DNA of 64,000 nucleotides from the human T2T-CHM13v2.0 reference genome, Homo sapiens: NCBI RefSeq assembly GCF_009914755.1, contig NC_060947.1; one strand, written 5' to 3'. This document shows positions 53,117 through 64,000 of the stretch, piece after piece. Numbering within the stretch: the stretch's first letter is position 1; each line of letters opens with the position of its first letter. Position numbers and translations under genes: made by a program. The notes beneath the pieces are model-generated. The model saw nothing but the letters and a program-made list of their open reading frames with translations. It was not told the DNA's origin and did no database searches.

Positions 53117-56100
53117 ATTATTAAATATAAAATGGTGTTTGGCTTTCTTTGGTCTAAAAACTAATAAAAGTAGGTGCTAAAGGAAATTTTTCAGTAGAAA
53201 GGCACCAAGGACTGCTGATGATCCCACATTTAAAACAAAAGGTCAATTTCTTAAAAATTGCATACTTGGTTTATCTTCCACTTTCCTTTCCCTTAAAACT
53301 AAAAGTCTTTTAGCACATGTACCACCCCTAGAATTTCTGGTAAACCAGCACTAGCCTGAGGATCATGTTCTCATCAAAGGGTAAAAAGAAGGGAAACTCG
53401 AGCCAGCCTAGGAAGGACCCTTCCTTGTGCTGCTAACCACCAAGACTGCTGTTCTTACAGCAGAAAAGGGATGGACTCATCATACCCGAGTCAAAGCACC
53501 ACCCCCTCCAGAGTCATGGGCCATAGTCCCAGGGGAAAACCCTACCAAACTCAAGCTAAGAAAAATTTAATTCTTTCATCTATTCTATTACTTTCTTCTT
53601 TCCTCGCTCTATTACTGACCATGTAGTTATTAACATAACCAAGTCAATTTCGCCTCAAACTATTGCATTTAATGCTTGCTTTGTTATACCCTGCAGGGAC
53701 TTGCTAAGCCAAAAACAGCTCTCTACTTCAAAAAAGTACCTCTGTCCCTCCTGACTCTCCTCAGACTGGGCATTAGTAAATTAGGACCATCTAATCCAGG
53801 GAGATTTCAATAAAGACCCCAGTGTCAACCAGGAGTCTTGCCCCCCGATGTGGAGCTTTTATGCCGTAGTTGGTCCAAAGTTCTGTGGACCACTAAAAAG
53901 CAAGAATGAACTACCCCAACCAGTTTTTGTAATTTCCTAAAACCATACATTCATTTTACTAAAGAATCATAGAAGTTAAAGACTTAAAACAAACTTTGGC
54001 AATTAAGGCAGTATACCAAGATGCAAATGCCTGGTTGGAATGGATCAAATATTCTTTCCGCACATTAAACAAAAGCAATCGTTATGCTTGTGCACATGGC
54101 AGGCCAGAGGCCCAGATTGTCCCCTTTTCACTAAGGTAGTCATCCAGTTGACCAGGTGTGGGCTGCATGATAGCTCTTTTTCAGGATTCTACAGCCTGGA
54201 GTAATAAGTCGTGCCAAGCTCTCTCCGCTATGTCCTGAAGTCTGGCACCCTGCGAGTCAGCCCCTGAGGGCCATCCAGCTTCCATCTCCCAACACTAAGT
54301 TCACTTCATGTCTCTCACAACAGGGAGAAAACTTAGCATTCCTTGGAGACCTGAAGGGATGCAGTGAGCTTAAGAATTTTCAAGAGCTTATCAATCAGTC
54401 AGCCCTTGTTCATCCCCGAGCGGATGTGTGTGGTATTGTGGTGGACCTTTACTGGGCACTCTGCCGAATAACTGGAGTGGCATTTGTGCTTTAGTCCAAT
54501 TGGCTATCCCTTTCACCCTGGCATTTCATCAACCAGAGGGAGGAAAAATAAGACATCATAAAGCGAGAGAAGCCTCTTATGGGTCTTTCGACTCTCATGT
54601 CTATTTAGATGCAATTGGAGTCCCACGGGAAATACCAGATCAATTTAAAGCCCAAAATAAAATAGCTGCAGGATTTAAGTCAATATTTTGGTAGGTGACA
54701 GTTAATAAAAATGTAAAGTAAATAAACTACACCTATTACAACCAACAGCAACTAGCTTTTCAGGAGTTAAAAGAAAAACCTCATGTTGGCTGCAGCCCTG
54801 GGGCTACCTGACCTGACCAAACCTTTTACACTGAATGGCAGTTAGAGATTTAACCCAGACTGTGGGGCCCTGGCTGAGGCCAGTGGCCTACCTCTCTAAA
54901 TAACTAGATGGGGTTTCTAAGGGTTGGCCCCCATGTTTGAGGGCCTTGGCAGGAACAGCCCTACTAGCACAAGAAGTGGATAAGCTAACTCTTGGGCAAA
55001 ACCTAAACATAAAGGCCCCCCATGCTGTGGTGACTTTAATAAATACCAAAGGACGTCATTAGCTAACAAATACTAGACTAACTAGATACCAAAGCTTGCT
55101 CTGTGAAAAATCCCCACATAACCATTGAAGTTTGCAACACCCTAAACCCCGCCACCTTGCTCCTGGTATCAGAGAGCCCAGTTAAACTTAACTGTGTAGA
55201 GGTGTTGGACTCAGTTTATTCTAGCAGGCCCAACCTCCAAGACCATCCTTAAACATCAGTAGACTGGGAGCTGTACGTGCATGGGAGCAGCTTCGCCAAC
55301 CCCTGCAAAGTGACTCTGAAGAAGATGACAAGCCCTGCCCCAGTCACACCTGGAAGCTGACTGGTCCTTGCATGGTCAAAGCATGAGGAAACTCATCGCA
55401 GGACTCATTTCCCTTAAAATTTGGACTTGTACAGTAAGAACTTCAACTGACCTTCCTCAGACTGAGGACTGTTCCCAGTATATACATCAAGTCACTGAGG
55501 TAGGACAAAAGATTGCTACAGTCCTATTATTTTATGGTTATTATAAGTGTACTGGGACTCTAAAAGGAACTTGTTTGTATAATGCTATTCTATACAAGGT
55601 ATGTAGACCAGGAAGTGACCAGCCTGATGTGTGCTATAACCCATCCTTTTTCCTACTGCCCATAAAAACAGGCGAACTTCTAGGCTTCCCAGTCTATGCT
55701 TCCCAAGAAAAGAGAAGCATAGCTATAGGCGACTGGAAAGATGACAAGTGGCCCCCTGAAAGAATCATACAGTACTATGGGCCTACCACTTAGGCACAAG
55801 ATGGCTCATGGGGATACCCAACCCCCATTTATACTATCAACCGAATCATACGGTTATAAGCTGTCTGAGAAGTAATCACTAATAAAACTGGCAGAGCTTT
55901 AACTGTTTTAGCCCAGCAAAAACCCAGATGAGAAATGCTATCTATCAAAATAGACTAGTCCTAGACTACTTGCTAGCAGCTGAAGGAGGAGTCTGTGGAA
56001 AATTTTACCTAACCAATTGCTGTTTGCACATAAATGATCAAGGGCAAGTAGTTGAAGACAAAAAGATATGACAAAACTGGCACATGTGCCCATGCAAGTA

Positions 56101-56849
56101 TGGCATGGACTTAATCCTGGAGCCATGTTTGGAAAATGGTTTCTAGGGCTAAGAGCATTTAAAACTCTTATAATAAAAATTATAATAGCAATAAGAACCT
56201 GCTTACTACTCCCTTGTTTGCTACCTGTACTCCTACAAGTAATAAAAAGCTTCACCGCTACCTTAGTTCACCAAAATGCTTCAGCACAGGTGTACTATAT
56301 AAATCACTATTGATCTGTCTTGCAAGAAGACATGGGTAGTGAGGATGAAAGTGAGAACTCCCACTAATGAGTGAGGTTCTCAAAGGGGGGAATAAGGGAG
56401 GAGACCACCCCTCATATTGTCATATGCCCAATTTCTGCCTCAAAGAAAAAGTAGGAGTTAAAAGACAGAAGTGAAATCAGTAGTCAGACAGCCCAGCACT
56501 GCATTCCAGGCCTGGTAGTTAAAGATCGACCCCTGACCTAATTGGTTATGTTGTCTATAGATTCCAGACATTGTATGGAAAAACATTGTGAAAATCCCTG
56601 TCCTGTTCTGTTCTGTTCTGATTACTGGTGCATGCAGCCCCCAGTCACATATCCCCTGCTTGCTCAATCGAACACGACCCTCTCATGTGGACCCCCTTAG
56701 AGTTGTAAGCCCTTAAAAGGGACAGGAATTGCTCACTCAGGGAGTTCGGTTTTTGAGACATGAGTCTGCCGACACTGCTGGCCAAATAAAGCTCCTTCCG
56801 TCTTTAACCTGGTGCCTGAGGAGTTTTGTCTGTGGATCGTCCTGCTACA
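53117..56849 (+). mobile_element. Harlequin-type mosaic ERV internal region plus 3' LTR2 (56393-56849); 5' end absent
   Basis: An env-like piece (WYCGGPLL..WSGICALVQL), then a pol piece (ALGLPDLTKPF, GWPPCLRAL), then a second env piece ([24 protein letters not shown]), then PPT AAAGGGGGGAA and the LTR2 start TAAGGGAGGAGACCACCCCTCATATTGTC. Confidence 0.85.
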
Positions 56850-57914
56850 TTTCATGTCATTAGGACCTTCTGAGACTGTGTCATGGGTGCATCCTTAACT
56901 TTGGTAAAATAAACTTTCTAAATTGATTGGAACCTGTCTCAGATACTTTTGGTTCACAAGTTGGTAACCAGGAATGGCTTCTGAGTGGAGGTTCCCCTAA
57001 CCTTTGACAAATCTCCTATTGGTGCTTGGTACCAGTTTGAGCTATCTTTATTGTTCAAACCAATAGGACAATTTGTGAAGTCCTGGGAGCTCCCCCTTCA
57101 GAGAATCCATGATCTCCTCAAATTTGGCTGAGATCTAAGGTTTATTTTGTTGTACAACTCCTTTTCTGGAGTTTTACACAAGGAAGGTGAATTGTCCTGC
57201 TTCATGTTGATGGAGAGCAGGCAACTCCTTTTTGGAGTGTGAGCTCACTTCCAACAGGGAAGGTGAGTTGAAGTTGTTTCCTGCTTCTAGGATGGTAGAG
57301 AGCCATCTTCAGACTGGGCTCCATTCCTAGGTAAGTAACTGAATTGGGATTTTGTCTTGGAAATTCTCCTTAATGACTAAAGTTAAAATTAACAACCAGC
57401 TGCTCTTAATTTCTACTTACCTTTAGAGTGCTCAGTAATTGTATAAGTTGTGCAATTTTTTGTTTGTTTTGCTTAACTATTTTTGTTTGTTTCTATTTTT
57501 GTTCTTCTTTTGGTCTTTTTTCCATTGGATTTGATAAACTCTATCAGACTTAGTCAAATCTGAAGGAAATTTCCAAATTATGGGGAACAATGCCACTGAA
57601 TTAGCTAAATTCCCACAGCTGGGGAAAAAAAGGAAAAAGAAAAAATGACCAGCAAAGGGGAAAAAGAGGAAAGATTTTAACTACTGAGGGGTTTTACTTA
57701 CATAACAAGGCCACTTTTTGCTAGCCAAGCCAAACTGAAAGAGCAACAGCTGTTGTCCCATGGTGCAGTTCAGTAGCTATGGTTCTGCCCTTTTTTCCCA
57801 CCACAACACCCTGGGTTTGGTTCCTAAATCAAGTCCTTTCAGGTTTCATATTTATGTTACTGTTGAAGTATGAGCAATTTGTCTCAGTTAAAATATGGCA
57901 ATGAGATTTAAAAG

Positions 57915-58203
57915 GATTTTTCTTTGAGATGGAGTCTTGCTCTGTTGTCCAGGCTGGAGTACAGTGGCACATTCTCGGCTTACTGCAACCTGCCTGCTGG
58001 GTTCATGCAATTCTCCTGCCTTAGCCTCCTGAGTAGCTGGGATTACAGGCATGTGCCACCACACCAGGCTAATTTTTGTATTTTTAGTAGAGACAGGGTT
58101 TCACCATGTTGGCCAGGCTGGTCTCAAACTCCTGACCTCAAGTGACCCACCCACCTTGGCCTCCCAGTGCTGGGATTACAGGTGTGAGGCACCACACCCG
58201 GCT
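57915..58203 (-). mobile_element. AluS
   Basis: Flanked by TTAAAAGGATTTTT on both sides. Confidence 0.9.
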
Positions 58204-58278
58204 TAAAAGGATTTTTTTTTTTGGAAGAGCTCAATGGCTATGAATCTGCTTAATTAAAAAGCTAATATTGAAGATTTT

Positions 58279-58280
<2 letters not shown>

Positions 58281-58319
<39 letters not shown>

Positions 58320-58328
58320 TGTGTGTGT
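58281..58328. repeat. (TG)n microsatellite
   Basis: About 24 units with one interruption. Confidence 0.97.
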
Positions 58329-58986
58329 CCACTTAAAAGGCCTTTATGGTTTTTTTTCCTAGAACTTCATTTTTTTTGTAGAAAAAGTTTTGTTTTTCTC
58401 AGTTGACTGAATTCTGTTTTCTCCATTTTTCTTCCTGTCTCTCCTTCCTTTTGCCCCTCTCTGCTGCATGAGGGACCTAAAATGGTTTTTAACAGCCTGA
58501 GATTCCTTAAAGAAAACAGAGAAGGTGCCAGACTCCATTTTGGGGAGAAACCTCTGTTTTTCCGTATGGAACCTTAAGAGTATAAACAGACAAGTTCTTC
58601 TCAAATCTTAAATAGCTTGCTTTTGTATTGTTACCTGATTTTGTTTTGACTAAAGTAGTTATTACAACAGTGGCTATTCTTGGGTGTTTAAAATCAGAAA
58701 GAGTATAGTTTAGACACTAAGAGAAATGTCTTCACAAAGAAAGTGCATTATAAAAGCATCACATGTTCTAGGCTCATGAAAATTTCTCTTTTGGAGATTC
58801 AGAATTCAGTGTGGGCTCTGCCTCAGACCTCAGAGATCCAGTTAAATAGTAAGAGACTAAATTTAAAACTACCTATATTGATAAAATTGGTCCCCTTATA
58901 CAATCCTATGATAGATTTTTACAATTTTATGTTTGATTTGGCATCTGTTTTTAATCTCCCTCTAGAATACCAGACTCTTTTTCTCT

Positions 58987-60376
58987 TTACTTTGGGCAGT
59001 ATGGCCATTTTCACAATATTGATTCTTCCTATCCATGAGCATGGAATGTTTTTTTTCCATTTGTTTGTGTCTTCTCTTATTTCCTTGAACAGTGGTTTGT
59101 AGTTCTCGTTGAAGAGGTCCTTCACATCCCTTGTTAGCTGTATTCCTAGGTATTTTGTTGGGAAAACTGGCTAGCCATATGCAGAAAACTGAAACTGCTT
59201 CCTTACACTTTATACAAAAATTAACTCAAGATGGATCAAAGACTTAAATGTAAGACTGAAAACCATAAAAACCCTAGAAGAAAACCTAGGAAATACCATT
59301 CAGGACATAGGCATGGGCAAAGACTTCATGTCTAAAACACCAAAAGTAATGGCAACAAAAGCCAAAATTGACAAATGGGATCTAATTAAACTAAAGAGCT
59401 TCTGCACAGCAAAAGAAACTATCATCAGAGTGAACAGGCAACCTACAGAACGGGAGAAAATTTTTGCAATCTACCCATCTGACCAAGGGCTAATATCCAG
59501 AATCTACAAGGAACTTAAATAAATTTACAAGAAAAAAAAAACAACCCCATCAAAAAGTGGTTGAAGGATATGAGCAGACACTTCTCAAAAGAAGACATTT
59601 ATGCAGCCAACAAACATATGACAAAAAGCTCATCATCACTTGCCATTAGAGAAATGCAAATCAAAGCCACAATGAGATAACTTCTCATGCCAGTTAGAAT
59701 GGCGATCATTAAAAAGTCAGGAAACAACAGATGCTGGAGAGGATGTGGAGAAATAGGAATGCTTTTACACTGTTGGTGGGAGTGTAAATTAGTTCAACCA
59801 TAGTGGAAGACAGTGTGGTGATTCCTTAAGGATCTAGAACCAGAAATACCATTTGACCTAGCAATCCCAATACTGGGTATATACCCAAAGGATTATAAAT
59901 CATTCTACTATAAAGACACATGCACAGTGTTTATTTCAGCACTACTCACAATAGTAAAGACTTGGAACCAACCCAAATGCCCCTCGATGATAGACTGGAT
60001 AAAGAAAATGTGGCACATGTACAGTATGGAATACTATGCAGCCATAAAAAAGAATGAGTTCATGTCCTTTGCAGGGACATGGATGAAGCTGGAAACCATC
60101 ATTCTCAGCAAACTAACACAGGAACAGAAAACCAAACACTGTATGTTCTCACTTATAGATGGGAGTTGAACATTGAGAACACATGGACACAGGGAGGGAA
60201 CATCACACACCAGGGCTTGTCGGGGGTGGAGAGCTAGGGGAGGGATAGCCTTAGGAGAAATACCTAATGTAGATGATGAGTTGATGGGTGCAGCACACCA
60301 CCATGGCACGTGTGTACCTATGTAACAAACCTGCACGTTCTGCACATGTATCCTAGAACTTAAAGTATAATAAAAA
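58987..60376 (+). mobile_element. 5'-truncated L1PA with a 5' inversion (58987-59157 inverted)
   Basis: An antisense ORF2 piece is fused to sense GGAAAACTGGCTAGCC, which runs through the 3'UTR to a short A tail. Confidence 0.9.
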
Positions 60377-61180
60377 TTGGGCAAATGAAATGAACAGACG
60401 CTTCTCAAAAGAAGACATTTGTGTGGCCAACGAACATATAAAAAAAGCTCAACATCACTGATCGTTAGAGAAATACAAATCAAAACCACAGTGAGATGCC
60501 ATCTCACACTGGTCAGAAGAGCAATTATTAAAAAAATCAAGAAACAACAGATGCTGTCAAGGCTGCAGAGAAATAGGAATGCTTTTCCACTGTTAGTGGG
60601 AATGTAAATTAGTTTAACCATTGTGAAAGACAATGTGGTGATTCCTCTAAGACCTAGAACCAGAAATAACATTTGACCCAGCAATCCCATTACTGGGTAT
60701 ATACCCAGAGGAGTATAAATCATTTTATCATAAAGATACATGCACATGTATTTCATTGCAGCACTATTCACAATAGCAAAGACATGGAATCAACCCAAAT
60801 GCCCATCAATGATAGTCTGGATAAAGAAAATGTAGTACATATACACCATGGAGTACTATGCAGCCATAAAAAGGAACATTATCCTGAGCAAACTAATGCA
60901 GGAACAGAAAACTAAATACTGCATGTTCTCACTTATAAATGGGAGCTAAATGATGAGAACACATGGACACATGGAGGGGAACACACTCACTAGGGCCTAC
61001 TGAAGGGTAGGAGGAGGGAGAGGATAATGAAAAATAACTAATGGGTACTAGGCTTAATACCTGGGTGATGAAATAATCTGTACAACAACCCCCCATGACA
61101 CAAGTTCACCCATGTAACAAACCTGCATTTGTGCCCCTGAACTTAAAATGAGAGTTAACTAAAAAAATAAAAGAAAGAGA
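60377..61180 (+). mobile_element. Older L1PA/L1PB 3' fragment
   Basis: A second ORF2 C-terminus and 3'UTR ending CCCCTGAACTTAAAA. Confidence 0.85.
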
Positions 61181-62219
61181 AGTGTTCTTTGTGGCATTAA
61201 TTTTAAAGGATCTCTCTCTTTGAAAACCTAGACTGCAGGTAAATTATCATGTACCACAATGTTTTGCTTATCTTTTCTGCCTCATACCACCGTCCTGCCT
61301 GAATCCTGCCTTAATTTCTGGCACCTGGAAGTAGAGACATGTTAAAAAACAGTGTATATGACTCTTGAAGATGCTACCCACTTCTGGAAAATGTATTCAC
61401 TTTTATTTTGCTTCTTCCAGGAAATCTGAACATGAAAAAAGAATATTCTCTGCTAGTGTGTGTCAGACTGGATGTGAGGATTGACTGAGGATTTCTGCTG
61501 AGCACTCTCTGGCCTTCAGTTTCAGCTGTAGCCAGTGCAGAGAAGGTGTCAGTCCTGGGTCTGATGGTGTCTTGGAGCTTATTTGTACAGACCCATTAAT
61601 TCTGAGGCTGCTTAAAGCATTGAGAAATTTACTGTTTTAGATGGAAAGTGATTAACACTGGGAAATAATTTTTGGTTTCAAAATCATCCTGTGAGAGTGG
61701 TGAGGTACATTCTTCTTGGATTTTCCACACTCCCAACAGGGCCTGGGGCTTCTGTGTAGCAATAACAACCCTCTCTCTGTGGAAGCCACACATTATGCAT
61801 ACTACTTTGCTGAAATTTGACAATCACAAGTGGAAAAAGGAAGAAGTAAGGAATTAAAATTAGCAGGCACCATGGCATGCTTTTCCAAGGAAACAGAGCC
61901 TTCCTTTACACTGGGAACATATGAGCACTATTAAACTGGTCTTTGATTAAGACCCATGAGAGGAAATTGTGGGGTAACTCTGATACCTTATCTATAGTCA
62001 CTGCAATCACTTTATAGTATGACTGTGGGGCCCACAATTAATCAGTTTTAACATAAAACTCCACTGAAGGAGACTCATATTGCTAAAGGTTACTCAAAAA
62101 CAAAGGTTAAACTGAGAAGAACTTTATGCTTTAAAAAATGGGCTGGGCCTCTTCATCTTCCTAATTTATTTTTGTTTTTGTTTTCTTTCTATCCTGGAAG
62201 TTTTGCACAAAGAAGATCG

Positions 62220-63082
62220 TGTTGATGAAAAGAGTAAAACTCTGTAAAATATTTGAAAAGATTTATTCTGAGCCAAATATGAGTGACCAATGGCCTGTGA
62301 AAACTCTCAGGAGATCCTGAGAATGTGTGCCCCAGGTGGTTGGGTTACAGCTTGGTTTTACACATTTTAAGAAGACATAAGACATCAATCAATACATGTA
62401 AGATGTACAACATTGGTTCTGTCCAGAAAGGTGGGTAAACTCGAAGTGGGAGCTTCTAGGTCATATGTAGATTCAAAGATTTTCTGATTGGCAATTGGTT
62501 GAAAAGTTACATTATTGTCTAAAGACCAAGAATCAATACAAGAGAATGTCTGTGTTAAGATAAGGGGTTGTGGAGACCAAGGTTCCCATTATGCAGAGGA
62601 AGCCTCCAGGTAGCTGGCTTCAGAGAGAATAGATTGTAAATGTTTCTTACTTGAGTTGATTCTCTCCTGGATCAAGAAAAAGGCCTGCACAAGAAAGGGG
62701 ATTCTCTTGAGAATGTACATTTCCCCCCACAAGAGACAGCTTTGCAGGACTGTTTCAAAATATGACAAAGAAACACATAGGGTAAAATACTTTTGATTTC
62801 TTTCAAGCCTTGCTATCTGTCATGTGATGCTATACTAGAGTTAGGCTGGAAATTGGTGTCTTATTGCCACAGAGTATGTTAGTCTTAAGTTCTGTTCTAA
62901 CGTTAAGACTGGTCAGCTGTACACGAATTCCAAAAGGGAGTAGGGAATAATAAGGCATGTCTGACGCCTACTTCCTGTCATGACCTGAATAAGTTTTTCA
63001 GGTTAACTTTGGAATGCCCTTGGCTGAGAGGAGGGATCCATTCAGATAGTTGTGGGGCTTCGAATTTTATTTTTGGTTTACA
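62220..63082 (-). mobile_element. MER4-type solo LTR
   Basis: TGTTGATGAAAAGAG..GATTTATTCTGAGCCAAATATGAGTGACC...TTTTGGTTTACA; near-TSD ATCG/ATAG. Confidence 0.82.
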
Positions 63083-63855
63083 ATAGCATGAACAAAGCAG
63101 AGGTCTGACAGCTTCGTTCCAGTGAGTGGATATTCTGGAACATTGCTCAGGGTACCATCTTCTTACTCTTCTTTGAGCAGCACTAAATGAAAAGGTCCCC
63201 TTTCACCTTGTAATCAGCAGGAAGTGGGATTCTCTCGAAGATGTTGAAGATGACAAAATAAACTTAAAGGATTGTTCATCTGCTTTTGAGCTAGGGAAGG
63301 TATAACAATATGCTTTCTGGGCCGGGGGGAGGGGAGAAAATGGAGAAGAGCCTCTTTTTGGGCTTAATGAAATTTTTGCTTGTGTTTCTTTTGAAGCAGC
63401 AGGATCTTTGGGGCAGAATAGCTCCTATTCCCCTGTGTCCCCCACAAAAAGGGAGGGCAGTGAACAGAATTTGGAGCATAGTGGAGTGGATCAACGTTCA
63501 GCTGCCACCTTCCCATAAATCCTATGAGTAGCCACCTAGGAAGTTTCTCTTTAGAGTCCAGAATTTGGACTGAACTAGTCAGCATAACTGGAACTCAGCT
63601 TTATCTGGGAATACACTGTTGTCTCACCAGGAATCTGCTTCACCCCTTCTTGCACATATTTGTGGTCCCTAAAGGGGCAAGGTGGTGAGGATGGCATAAT
63701 GGCAGGGGTAGGGAGGGGGAGTGGAGAAGGATGTATGGGTCAGTGCAAACTCACAATGACGCTTGGTAAACTTCTGTGATGTGCAGGGCCTATTGTTGAT
63801 GGCAAGCCAGGGATGTCATTTCATGAAAGATCTCCTTGTCATTTTGTTTAAATGG

Positions 63856-64000
63856 CTTTCTTTTTTTTTTTTTTTTGATATGGAGTCTCACTCTGTTGCC
63901 CAGGCTGAAGTGCAGTGGTGCGATCTTGGCTCACTGCAACCTCTGCCTCCTGGGTTCAGGCCTCCCGCATAGCTGGGATTACTGGTGCCTGCCACCACAT
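63856..64000 (-). mobile_element. Alu, cut by the window end
   Basis: Poly-T plus right arm. Confidence 0.88.

Larger units (their letters stand above)
56851..58985 (+). mobile_element. MER4-type LTR 3' end (to 56958) plus MER4 internal sequence
   Basis: AATAAACTTTCTAAATTGATTGG..CTGTCTCAGATACTTTTGGTTCACA, followed by PBS-like TTGGTAACC. Confidence 0.7.

Noticed and set aside
60034-60771. 245-aa minus-strand ORF
   Set aside because: Antisense reading of two adjacent L1 3' ends.

Overview
Human (or great-ape) genomic DNA, almost certainly the Xq24 RHOX cluster. It holds one intact protein-coding gene: a four-exon reproductive homeobox gene on the minus strand (CDS 32710-27674, 288 aa, all introns GT-AG). 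The residues N93 and C151 point to the RHOXF2B copy rather than RHOXF2. The rest is mostly retroelements: a full-length, inactivated L1PA4-age LINE-1 (1556-7677, -); an 8.8-kb ERV3/HERV1-like provirus with both LTRs (35082-43853, -) about 2.2 kb upstream of the gene; a Harlequin/LTR2 mosaic ERV; MER4, MER57, THE1/MST, MLT2 and LTR1-type elements; a 5'-inverted L1; and many Alus. No new multi-gene system is evident. The most interesting unexplained structures are: (1) a second copy of the RHOXF2B proximal promoter inserted into an Alu, with template-switch scars at both junctions; (2) a provirus with discordant LTRs and no target-site duplication, which may be a recombinant marking the RHOXF2/RHOXF2B duplication breakpoint; (3) an old ~285-bp duplication in which both copies keep a 131-nt GT-AG intron-like unit. 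Repeat subfamily names come from recalled consensus sequences, not from a database search.
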